From an uncultured Gemmatimonadales bacterium (GTDB lineage: Bacteria > Gemmatimonadota > Gemmatimonadetes > Gemmatimonadales > GWC2-71-9): a stretch of 64,000 nt of DNA. The stretch spans positions 74,699-138,698 of the forward strand of contig CAWGDK010000003.1 of assembly GCA_963821385.1 (NCBI GenBank), read 5' to 3'. The position numbers and the translations under genes were made by a program. The notes beneath the pieces were generated by a model, which was given only the letters and a program-made list of their open reading frames with translations, made no database searches and had not been told where the DNA came from. Below, in pieces: positions 13,101 to 22,535 of this stretch (position 1 is the first letter of the stretch; each line of letters starts with the position of its first letter).

Positions 13101-16100
13101 CGCCGCACCGGTCGTCACCTGCACCACGGCGGCGCCGCTCGCGGCCAGCGCGGCGAGCTCCATCGCGCTGACGGTCTCGGTGCAACCCGGCGCCGCCGCG
13201 TCGGTGACGAACGTCGCCCGGGTGCAGGCGGCGGGTGACGTGAACGCCGCCAACGATCGGGCCTCCGATCCCACGGCAATCACGGCCGTCGATCTGGCGC
13301 TCGCCAAGCGGCACAGCGGCGTGTTCGCGGTTGCCCAGACCGGCGTCTATACGCTGGCCGTGACCAACAAGGGGACCGCCGCCACGATCGGGCCGGTCAC
13401 CATCACCGACACGCTACCACAAGGTCTCGGATTCCTCTCCGGCACGGGCTCGGGCTGGACCTGCTTCGCCACCGGCGCGGTAGTGACCTGCACCAACGCC
13501 GGACCGCTGGCCGCGGGTGATTCCAGCCTGGTCACGCTGTCGGTCAGCGTCGGATTTGCGGCCGTGCCCCAGGTGACCAACGGCGCCGTGGTGGTCACGC
13601 CGGGCGACACGTCTTCAGCCGACAACAGCGCTCTCGACGCTCCCACCGTGGTCGTGGCGGTTGCCTCGCTGGCGATCGAAATGGACGCGTCGCGGACCGA
13701 GGTCGAGATTGGCGATCAGTTCGAATACACGATTCGGGTGCGCAACACGGGCGTCTCGCCCGCTCCCGACGTCACGGTCGACGATCGCCTGCCGGCCGGG
13801 TTCTCCTACGTCACCGGTACGGCGCGGCGCGACAATGTGCCGGTCGCCGATCCGGCGGGCGGCCACGGGCCCGGGCTCGTCTTTACGCTCGACACCCTCG
13901 CGCCGACGTCGCAGACCACGCTGACGGTTCGCGTGCGCGTGCTGCCCGGTGCCGCGACCGGCGACGGCATCAGCCGCGCCATTGCCCGGTCGCCGTTGGG
14001 ACCGTCGCAATCGAACGAGGCCGCGGTCAAGGTCCTGCTCACCGGTGGCGTGTTCACCGATGAAGGGCTGATCGTCGGCAAGGTCTATGCGCAGTCGGGC
14101 GGTGCCGGCGTGCCCGGCGTGCGGATCTACATGGAGGACGGCACGTCGACGGTCACCGACGGCGAGGGCAAGTACAGCTTCTACGGGGTCACCCCGCGCC
14201 TGCACATCGTGAAGGTCGACGCCACGACCGTGCCGGACGGCGCGACCCTCGTGCTGGTGTCGAATCGCCAGGCCGGGAACGCCGCCAGCCACTTCGTCGA
14301 CGTGCAACGCGGCGAGATGCACCGCGTCGACTTCGCCCTGGCGGGTACCTTCACCGCGACATCGAACGTCAAGATGCCGGACACGGCGGCCGGGGCGTTT
14401 GGGTTGCGGCCGGCGGAGCTGCCGAGCGTCGGCGCGTTCGCGCCGGGCGTGCCGCAGTACTCGCGTGACTCCTCGGGCGAGGTGTACACCGGCCTCCTGC
14501 CGGCCCGCACCCTGACCAACGACAACTCCAACTCCCCGGCGTTGCCGGATGCGGAGCTGGTGCCGACGCTCTCCATTGGCCGCCACGGCGTGATCTCCGT
14601 CCAGGTGCCGCTGGGCGCGATCCCGGCCGACGGCCAGACGGTGGTCCCGGTGGCGATCCGGCTGCTCGATGCGCTGGGCGCCCCGCTCGCCGATCGCACC
14701 GTGGTGACGCTCGAGGCGAGCGCCGGCCGCTGGCAGGTCGAGGACGAGGACCCGGTGGCGCCGGGCGTGCAGACCACCATCACCGGCGGGGCCCGCAATC
14801 TCTCCCTCGTCGCCGCGGGTCAGGCGGGCCAGGCGCAGCTGCGGGTGAGCGCGAACGGACTCAGCGGCTCGGCGACGCTCGTCTACGTCCCGGCGAGCCG
14901 CCCGCTTCTGGCCGCCGGCGTGATCGAGGGCCGGGTCGACCTGCGCTCCTGGTCGCTACCGCCGGACCGCATCCGCGACCGGTTTGAAGACGAGCTCCGT
15001 GCCCTGTCGCTCAAGAACGCGAACGACCGGATTCACGCGGGTACCCGCGCCGCCGTGTTCGTGAAGGGAACGGTGGGACCGGAGTTCGTGATCGACCTGC
15101 GTCTCGACACCGAGCGCGACCCGCGGGCCCGGTTGTTCCGCGACATCCGGCCGGAGGAGTTCTATCCGGTGTACGGCGATGCGTCGGTCAAGGAATTCGA
15201 CGCGCAATCCACGAGCCGGCTGTACCTGCGGGTCGAGAAAGCCCGGAACTACTTCCTGTTCGGCGACTACGGCACCATGCCGGCCACCGAAAACCGGATG
15301 CTGGGCGCCTATTCCCGCAGCCTGAACGGCGCGCTGCAGCACTTCGAGAACCAGCGCTCGCAGGCCAATTTGTTCGCCAGCCGCGGGCACGAGTCGCAGG
15401 TGATCGACGAATTCCCGGGGCGCGGGATTTCCGGACCGTTCGTCCTGAGCCAGCGCAGCGGCCTCACCAACAGCGAACGGGTGGAGATCATCACGCGGGA
15501 CCGGAACCAGCCGGCCGTGATCCTCAAGACCCAGCTGTTGACGCGGTTCGCCGACTATACGATCGAGCCGTTCACGGGCCGGCTACTGCTCAAGGCGCCG
15601 GTGCCCAGCGTGGATCAGAACCTGAACCCAGTGTCGATCCGGGTGACCTACGAGGTCGACCAGGGCGGCACGCCGTTCTGGACCTTCGGCGCCGACGCGC
15701 AGATCCGGGCCACCGACCGGCTGGAGCTGGGCGGCTCCGCCGTCCACGACGACAATCCGCTGGGCGCCCGCAGCCTGGTCTCGGCCAATTCGACGATCCG
15801 GTTCGGGGACCGCACCTATCTCCTGGCCGAAGTGGCGCATGCCGACTCGGCGGGCGCGGCCCGGGGTGACGCGTTCCGCTTCGAGCTGCGCCACTTCTCC
15901 GAGCGCTGGGAAGCCCGGCTGTTCGGTCTCGATGCGGAAGCCGACTTCGCCAATCCGTCGTCCGCGGTGGGACGGGGCCGGCGCGAGCTGGGCCTGCGGG
16001 GCACGGGCATTCTCGACCGCCACACGCGGGTGCGGGCCGAGGCGCTGCGCAGCGAGGATCTGGTCACGCTGGTGCGCCGCATCGGGATCGACGTCGGGGT

Positions 16101-17322
16101 GGAGCGAGAGCTGACCAACCGGTTGCGGGCGGAGCTGGGCCTGCGGCACGCCGAGCTGAATACCGATTCAGCGAAGACGAACAGCATTCACTTCCGGCTC
16201 ACCGGCCAGGTCGGGCCGCGCGCCTCGGTATTCGGCGAGTACGAGCAGGCCCTGTCCGCCGGCGACGAGCACCGCGCGCTGATCGGCGGCGACTACCGCT
16301 TCGCCCAGCGCGCGCGGGTGTACGCCCGGCATGAGCTGATCTCTTCGTTCACGGGACCGTACGACCTGAACGGCTCGCAGACGCAGAACACCACGGTGAT
16401 CGGGCTCGATGCCGACTACCTGCGCAACGGCTCCGTGTTCACCGAATACCGTGCGCATGACGTGTTGAGTGGCCGCGAGGCCGAGGCGGCGATCGGACTG
16501 CGCAACCGGTGGACGCTGGCCCCGGGGCTGCGGCTGAATACCTCGTTCGAGCGGGTCAGCCCGCTCGCCGGAGCGGGTAGCGGTGAGGCGACCGCCCTGA
16601 CGGGCGCCCTCGAGTACTCCGACAACCCGCTGTGGCGCGGCTCCGCGCGGCTCGAATACCGCACCGCCCCGAGCGGCGACAACTGGCTGGCGTCGCTCGG
16701 CTACGGTCGCAAGCTGAGTCAGGACTGGACGGCCCTGGGCCGCAGCGTCCTGAGCGCGCTGCCGTCCGATGAGCTGCACGAGCGCACGCAGATCGGCATC
16801 GCGTTCCGCCAGACCGACCAGAACCGGTGGAGCCTGCTGGGACGCTACGAGCACAAGTACGACCGTGCGGCCTCGCTCACCGGCGCCGGCATCCGCGACG
16901 CGGCGCACGTGTTCTCGAGCCACGTCAACTTCCAGCCGGTGACCACGTGGACCTTCTCGGGCGAGCTGGCGCTGAAGTTGGCGTCGGAATGGGCGCCGGG
17001 CGGCGTGGTGCACACGCACGCCGAGCTGGTCGATATTCGCGCCGTTCGCGATCTCAACGCGCAGTGGGATGTGGGCGCGAGCACGCGGGCCCTCGTCAGC
17101 CTGAGCACCGGAACCTCCCAGTACGGCATCGGGCTCGAAATCGGCCGCACGCTGCGGACCGATCTGCGGGTGGCGCTCGGCTACAACCTGTTCGGATTCC
17201 GGGATCGCGACCTGACGGGCGAGAACTACACGGACCAGGGTGCCTACGTGCGGTTCGGCCTGAAGTTCGACGAGAGCTTGTTCGGTCTGCGGCCTACGCC
17301 AGCGCGGCCACCAGCGCCGTAA
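1173..17322 (+). CDS. Giant surface protein: signal peptide, DUF3344-like head, 32 DUF11-type Ig-like domains, SdrD-B/Ig-like linkers, C-terminal outer-membrane beta-barrel-like region (split by 6 apparent indels)
   Basis: ORFs 1032-9035, 8731-11733, 9467-10672, 10905-13238 (short part) and 11806-17322 join into one repeat protein, with frame changes at ~8817, ~9417, ~10538, ~10581, ~11646 and ~11767. The GTG start at 1173 gives a Sec-type signal (MSRQPLRRR...GLLGLATAVSPRAATA-Q). Repeats read ADLxITKTGP..PG..YTITVTNxGPSDA. The C-terminus has amphipathic strands ending YVRFGLKFDESLF. Confidence 0.85.
3900..12537 (+). repeat. 24 tandem ~360-bp coding repeats (120-aa DUF11-type domains)
   Basis: Unit starts at 3900, 4260, 4620 ... 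8580, 8941, 9301, 9662, 10022, 10382, 10744, 11104, 11461, 11821, 12181. The period is 360 bp except at indels and one slightly shorter unit. Confidence 0.95.
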
Positions 17323-18193
17323 CTCCGGCGGCCAGCAGGTCCAGCCGGTACCCGCCCTCCAGCACCGCCACAACCGGACAGTCCGGCAGCCGCGACCGCA
17401 GCTCGGTCGTCCAGGTCGTGATGTCGTCCGGCTCCAGCGTGAATCCTCCCAACGGATCCCCGGCCAACGCATCGAATCCCGCTGAGACGAGTAACACGTC
17501 TGGCGTCCAGCCGGAGAGCGCGGCCTCCACACCCGACAACAGGTCCCGTACGTAGCGAAACCGCGGCAATCCCGGCGGCCGGGGCACGTTGAAGACGTTG
17601 CCCACGCCGCGCTCGTCGGCGGCGCCGGTGCCCGGATACCAGGGAAACTGGTGCAACGACACGTACCGGATGGATGGGTCGGACCGGACCAGCGCTTGCG
17701 TGCCGTTGCCGTGATGCACATCCCAGTCGACGATGAGAACCCGTTCGGCACCGGACGCCTGGGCATGACGCGCGGCGACCACCACGTTGTTCACGAAACA
17801 GAACCCCATCGCGCGCGCGGCCTCGGCATGATGTCCCGGCGGACGCGTCGCGGCGAAGGCGGTGCCGCCGGCCATCGCCGCGGTCACGGCCCGAATCGCC
17901 GTGCCGGCGGACGCCGCGATCGCTTCCCAGCTGCGCGGGCCTATGTAGGTATCGGGGTCGATGGAGCCGCCCCCGGCGGCTGCCATCGCGGCGAGCGCAT
18001 CCAGATGGCTCGCCGGGTGCACCCGTTCGAGCGCCGCGCGATCCGCGGGGGCGGCCTCCACCCACGTGACCATTGGCGCCAATTCGGGGGCCCGCAGCGC
18101 CTCGAGCACCGCTTCGATACGTTCGGGACGTTCCGGGTGCCCGGCCCACGCCTGATGCAGCCGCGTCGCCGGGTGGTAGGTGACGGTGGTCAG
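17294..18193 (-). CDS. Histone deacetylase / acetoin-utilisation family deacylase
   Basis: Motifs HPERPERI, DPDTY, RPPGHHA, GFCFVNN, DWDVHHGNGTQ, SAGFD..GDPLG, LEGGY. Start placed at the CTG overlapping the upstream stop; the 3' end overlaps the giant gene convergently by 29 nt. Confidence 0.93.
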   Translation of the reverse strand: MTTVTYHPATRLHQAWAGHPERPERIEAVLEALRAPELAPMVTWVEAAPADRAALERVHPASHLDALAAMAAAGGGSIDPDTYIGPRSWEAIAASAGTAIRAVTAAMAGGTAFAATRPPGHHAEAARAMGFCFVNNVVVAARHAQASGAERVLIVDWDVHHGNGTQALVRSDPSIRYVSLHQFPWYPGTGAADERGVGNVFNVPRPPGLPRFRYVRDLLSGVEAALSGWTPDVLLVSAGFDALAGDPLGGFTLEPDDITTWTTELRSRLPDCPVVAVLEGGYRLDLLAAGVTALVAALA

Positions 18194-18456
18194 TTGGAGA
18201 GGTGGCGCTCTTTGAGGAGCTGACGGAGCGCCTCGGCCTCCGCCTTCATCTCCCGACGCCCCTGGTCTACGTCCTGGAGGGTCTGCCGGTACTGCCGCCA
18301 CACCACCACGACGGCCGCCGCGGCCCCGGCACACACCATGCCGCCCCACACTAACCCCGGGCGTTTGAGCTCGAGTCCGCCCCACACCAGCAGCACGGCG
18401 TCGAGCAGCAGAAACCCGACGGCGAACGTGGCCAGCGGGCGGCCCGGCGTCTTCAC
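18190..18456 (-). CDS. Small membrane protein (two TM helices plus coiled-coil tail)
   Basis: 88 aa, two hydrophobic segments, 4-nt overlaps with both neighbours. Confidence 0.75.
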   Translation of the reverse strand: MKTPGRPLATFAVGFLLLDAVLLVWGGLELKRPGLVWGGMVCAGAAAAVVVVWRQYRQTLQDVDQGRREMKAEAEALRQLLKERHLSN

Positions 18457-18728
18457 CGCACCGCTCTCCGTCGCGCCGGCAGAACGATGAACGGCGCATT
18501 GGCGCCCGCTCCGAGCGCCCGCAGGGTGGTGGAGTCGTCGGTGACCGCCGCGCCACGGAACTTCACGATGTACGCCGACGCGGGCAGGTCGCTCCGCTTC
18601 AGGGCGCGGGTCAGCGCCTGCCGTTTCAGGTCGGCGATCGTGGTCTCCGGCGTGACGGCGATGAAGACCTGGTCCCAGGCGTCGGTGACCATGACGCGCA
18701 CGGCAAAGCGATCGGCAGCGACCGTCAT
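18453..18728 (-). CDS. Ubiquitin-like (beta-grasp, YukD/EsaB-like) protein
   Basis: TTIADLKRQAL...AYIVKFRGAAVTDDSTTLRALGA parallels ubiquitin DTIENVKAKI...[20 protein letters not shown]; ends RRRAVR with no GG; ATGA-coupled. Confidence 0.65.
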   Translation of the reverse strand: MTVAADRFAVRVMVTDAWDQVFIAVTPETTIADLKRQALTRALKRSDLPASAYIVKFRGAAVTDDSTTLRALGAGANAPFIVLPARRRAVR

Positions 18729-19003
18729 GCGACCTCGACTGCGCCGGCCAGCGGCAACGTCGCGAAAAAACGGTCCACCGCCTGGTCGAAAAACAGGGTC
18801 GAAGCGCGCACCCGCGTCACCCCACCCTCCCCCGCGGCCGCGTGGAATACCACTTCTTCTCCGCCCTGGCCGCGCAGCGCGACGAACTGCGGCCCTTCTT
18901 TTTCGACGAACGCCGCATTGTGTGGCAGCCGCTCGGCGAAGAAGGACTTGACTCGGGCCAGCACGTCGGCCGGGGGAAGTGTCACGGTCGTCGTATGGGT
19001 CAT
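18725..19003 (-). CDS. Hypothetical protein, possibly minimal helix-grip-like alpha/beta fold
   Basis: 92 aa with a strand-helix-strands-helix pattern; ATGA overlaps on both sides. Confidence 0.7.
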   Translation of the reverse strand: MTHTTTVTLPPADVLARVKSFFAERLPHNAAFVEKEGPQFVALRGQGGEEVVFHAAAGEGGVTRVRASTLFFDQAVDRFFATLPLAGAVEVA

Positions 19004-20079
19004 GGCAGGCGCAGGGTGACGATGCCGGTGGGCTGCAACGGCACCGACGCGGTCGCCACTTTGGCGCGAGTGGTCAAATCGATCACGTCCACCGCTCCGG
19101 GATCCATGCCAATGCTCTCCTGACTGATGAAGGCGTAGCGGCCATCCGGTGAATAGGCCACCCCGTGGGGAATCTTCTTGGTGGTCGGGATGCGGGCGAC
19201 TTCCGCCAGCGAATCGGCCGCGATGAGCGACACGCTCTGCGCCTTCTTGTTGGTTACGATCACCCAGCGCCCATCGGGAGACGGTTCCACGTTGTAGGCC
19301 CCGGCCCCCGTCGGGATCTCCTTGATCAAGGCGAGGGTGGCCGCGTCCAGAACCTGGAGTGTGTTGCCGTGGTTGCAGGCGACGTACAACCGCTTGTCGT
19401 CCGCCGAGAGTGCCACGAACGTAGGCGCGCAGTCATGCGCGGGGATGGAGGCGCCCGTCATAGCCGCATGGCCCATCCCCTCTCCGGTCTTGTGTCGTCG
19501 CGAAATCGCCAGCGACTGGCGATCGATCTCCAGCACTTCGTCCGAGTTCATGCACGTCACGTAGACGAACGTCCCGGCGTGATTCACCTTGACCCCGTGG
19601 GGCATGTCGCAGGCGGCGATGGTGACCAGCGGCGCCATACGCGGCGTGTACACGACGGAGACCACGTTGGTGCGCGGATGATCGCCGTGGAAATCGGAGT
19701 TGGCGACGAACGCCAACTCCCCGTCCGGTGTGATCGAGATCGTGGTGGGGAACATCTCGACCGGCGCCCGGCCGATCAGCGTGTCGCCATCAACGGCCAT
19801 CTTCCAGAGCGAGCCATACGGTTGGCCATGCGCGATGGTCACGTAGTAGTAGCGGCCATCGGGCGATACGGTGACGTTGTGCGGGCCATCGATGTCGGAC
19901 GGCATGATGCCGACGGGCACCGTCTTCAGGGTCGTGAGCGCCGTACCATCCCAGCCCAGCTGGGTGACGATGTCGCCCGATTCACTCACCACGTACAAGC
20001 GATACCGGCTTTGCGCCGTGGCTCCAGCAACGGCCATGCACAGCCACAGCATGGCCCCGAAAACGCGCGAAACGGTCAT
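19000..20079 (-). CDS. YncE/YVTN-type secreted beta-propeller protein
   Basis: Signal peptide ending ATA-Q; repeated PHNVTVSPDG / PHGVAYSPDG blades. Start could also be the TTG at 20088. Confidence 0.85.
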   Translation of the reverse strand: MTVSRVFGAMLWLCMAVAGATAQSRYRLYVVSESGDIVTQLGWDGTALTTLKTVPVGIMPSDIDGPHNVTVSPDGRYYYVTIAHGQPYGSLWKMAVDGDTLIGRAPVEMFPTTISITPDGELAFVANSDFHGDHPRTNVVSVVYTPRMAPLVTIAACDMPHGVKVNHAGTFVYVTCMNSDEVLEIDRQSLAISRRHKTGEGMGHAAMTGASIPAHDCAPTFVALSADDKRLYVACNHGNTLQVLDAATLALIKEIPTGAGAYNVEPSPDGRWVIVTNKKAQSVSLIAADSLAEVARIPTTKKIPHGVAYSPDGRYAFISQESIGMDPGAVDVIDLTTRAKVATASVPLQPTGIVTLRLP

Positions 20080-20090
20080 GGTGATCAATA

Positions 20091-20402
20091 TCACTCCCCT
20101 AGCCGGTCCATCAACAGTCGCTCGACCTGCGAGTTTGGGACGGCCTCCGCGCCGAGTTCCCGAGCCTGGCGGAGCAAGTCGGCCTTCATGTGGGAGCCGA
20201 ACGCCAGCACCGGGATGCCGCGGCCGTGGGCGTGGCGAATGCAGTCTTCCCATCCGCGCGCCTCCAGCTCTACCACTGCGAGATCGCACACCGCCTCGTC
20301 GCGCGTGACTTCCCCCCCGATGGTTGCTACCACGCCACCGAGTTTGCCCCGAAACATGAGATCGCGCGTCAACAGGTAGACGCGTCGCGGTGCGGGACTC
20401 AC
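20091..20402 (-). CDS. Small degenerate response-regulator receiver-like protein
   Basis: 103 aa: LLTRDLMF, DLAVVEL, IPVLAFGSH, ARELGAE; GTGA overlap with the upstream M13 gene. Confidence 0.6.
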   Translation of the reverse strand: MSPAPRRVYLLTRDLMFRGKLGGVVATIGGEVTRDEAVCDLAVVELEARGWEDCIRHAHGRGIPVLAFGSHMKADLLRQARELGAEAVPNSQVERLLMDRLGE

Positions 20403-22462
20403 CAGATCTGGGGCACCAGTGCGGCGGCCCGCACCATCGGGTCACCCGCCTTGCAACCGAAGGCCTGCGCAAAGGCCGCGCTGTTGGACAGGGGGCCGTT
20501 GACGCGCCAGCGCTCCGGCGCATGGGGATCGACGGTCACCCGCGTGCGCAGCCGGGCGTCGCGATTGTGCACGCGCCAACTCTGGGCGTATCCCAGAAAA
20601 AACCGCTGCTCCGGCGTGTAGCCGTCGATCAGCCCGGGCCGGCCATCGCGTTGCAGTGCCCGTTCGAGGGCGTCGTACCCCGTCAGGATACCGCCGTAGT
20701 CGGCGATGTTCTCTCCCAACGTGAGCTGCCCGTTCACGTGGAACGTGTCCACCTGGATGTAGGAGTCGAACTGACGCACGACGATGTCGGCGGCCTGGGT
20801 GAAATGCGCGGAGTCGGACGGCGTCCACCAGTCGCGCAGGTTGCCGGCCGCATCGTAGTGGCGCCCTTCATCGTCGAAGCCGTGCGTCAGCTCATGACCG
20901 GCCCAGCTGCCACCCAGCGAGCCGTAGTTCGCCCCATCGTCGGCGGCCGGATCGAAGGTCTGCGGGATCAGGGCGCCCGCGGGGAACACCATCTCGTTCT
21001 TCGTCGGCTCGTAGTAGGCGTTCACCGTAGGAACGGTGATGTCCCATTCGGTGGTATCGACCGGGGCACCGGGACGATTGACCGTGCGCTGCCATTCGAA
21101 CGCCGTCGCCCGCGCCACGTTCAGCACGAACGGTCCTTCCGCGATCTGGAGCCGGGAATAGTCGCGCCAGTGCTCGGGGTAGCCGACTTTCTCGCCCATT
21201 TTCGCGAGCTTGTCGAGCGCCTGGGACCGCGTCGAGTCCGACATCCAGGTGAGGTGACGTAGCCGCTCGCCGAAGGCGGCGCGGATATCGTCGATCACGG
21301 CCTTGGCCCGGGCGCGCGCTTCGGGCGGGAACGTCTTGGCGACGTACGCCTGGCCCAACGCCTCGCCAAGATCGCCGTCGGTTTCCTGCAGGCAGCGTTT
21401 CCAACGCGGCAGCAATTGCTTGGCCCCGCTGAATCGTGCCGTGAACGCGAAGTCCTCGTCCACGAATGGCGTGCTCAGCCATGGCGCCGCCGTGGCGAGC
21501 ACGTGATAGCGGAGGTAGGCCCGCCAGCGCTCCAAGGGGGCCGTCCGCAGCAGCGAATCGACGCGCCGCACGAACGCCGGCTCGGCGACATTCAGGTGCT
21601 GCACCGGCGTCCGCAGGCCAAGCGCCTGGAAATAGACGCGCCACGGCAGCGTCGGCGCGAGGCGGCGCAGCTGGGCCATCGTGGTGGGGTGATCGGTCGC
21701 CGCGGGTTCGCGGCGCGCCACACGGGTCAGCGCCGCCTTGGCCAACTCGGTTTCGAGCGCCAGGACGTGCGCGGCATTACGCGCCGCCGCGGGGCCCGCC
21801 TCACCGGCGAGGGTGAACACCTGCGTCACGTGCGCCACGTACGCCTGGCGCAGGGAATCCGCCGCCGCGCCGGTATTCGTGTAGTAGTCGCGGTCGGGCA
21901 GGCCGAGGCCCCCCTGCAGCAGCCAGACCTCGTAGTGGGCGGCGTCATGCGGGTCAGCGAACGGTGCGTAGCGGAACCCCACGTTGACCCCGCGCATCTG
22001 CAGCGCGGCGATTTGGGGCACCAGACGCGCGCGGGTCGTGATCGAGTCTACGCCAGCGAGCCAGGGCCGGATCGGATCCGCCCCGGCGGCTTCGGCCGCG
22101 CTGGAATCCATGCAGGTGGCGTAGAAGGTGCCGAGCTTCCGCGGGGTGCTGTCCGGCGGGAAGGACGAGCGATGGACCGCCGCGTCTTCCAGCACGGAGC
22201 GGACCACCAGTTGGTTGCGCTCGTCCATGTCCCGCGACACGCCGGAGGAGGAGTACGCCGCGGGAATCGTGTCGCGCGCGAGCCAGGCCCCGTTGGCGTA
22301 CAGGAAGAAGTCGCTGCACGCGGCCGCGGTGGTATCGATCCACCGAGGCTCGACCACCCGCAAAGGCGCCAGCGCGGAATCGGCCGGCGTTTGCGCCCGG
22401 GCCGGGGCAAGTCCGAGCGCCGCGAGCGCCAGACCAAGACTGATCATTGAACGAGCGAACAT
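20399..22462 (-). CDS. M13 family metallopeptidase (PepO/neprilysin-like), secreted
   Basis: ACSDFFLYANGAW, VNAYY, GHELTHGFDDEG, GENIADYGG, DPHAP; signal peptide after the ATG at 22462. Confidence 0.95.
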   Translation of the reverse strand: MFARSMISLGLALAALGLAPARAQTPADSALAPLRVVEPRWIDTTAAACSDFFLYANGAWLARDTIPAAYSSSGVSRDMDERNQLVVRSVLEDAAVHRSSFPPDSTPRKLGTFYATCMDSSAAEAAGADPIRPWLAGVDSITTRARLVPQIAALQMRGVNVGFRYAPFADPHDAAHYEVWLLQGGLGLPDRDYYTNTGAAADSLRQAYVAHVTQVFTLAGEAGPAAARNAAHVLALETELAKAALTRVARREPAATDHPTTMAQLRRLAPTLPWRVYFQALGLRTPVQHLNVAEPAFVRRVDSLLRTAPLERWRAYLRYHVLATAAPWLSTPFVDEDFAFTARFSGAKQLLPRWKRCLQETDGDLGEALGQAYVAKTFPPEARARAKAVIDDIRAAFGERLRHLTWMSDSTRSQALDKLAKMGEKVGYPEHWRDYSRLQIAEGPFVLNVARATAFEWQRTVNRPGAPVDTTEWDITVPTVNAYYEPTKNEMVFPAGALIPQTFDPAADDGANYGSLGGSWAGHELTHGFDDEGRHYDAAGNLRDWWTPSDSAHFTQAADIVVRQFDSYIQVDTFHVNGQLTLGENIADYGGILTGYDALERALQRDGRPGLIDGYTPEQRFFLGYAQSWRVHNRDARLRTRVTVDPHAPERWRVNGPLSNSAAFAQAFGCKAGDPMVRAAALVPQIW

Positions 22463-22535
22463 GGGTTCACAACTCCGGTACGGGCTGGCATGCATAACGG
22501 CGGCGAGTCGAACGTATCCAGCGGCACTGCGCTCG

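Noticed and set aside
18453-18728. Bacterial ubiquitin conjugation or sulfur-carrier system
   Set aside because: No C-terminal Gly-Gly and no E1/E2/JAB/ThiF gene in the window.
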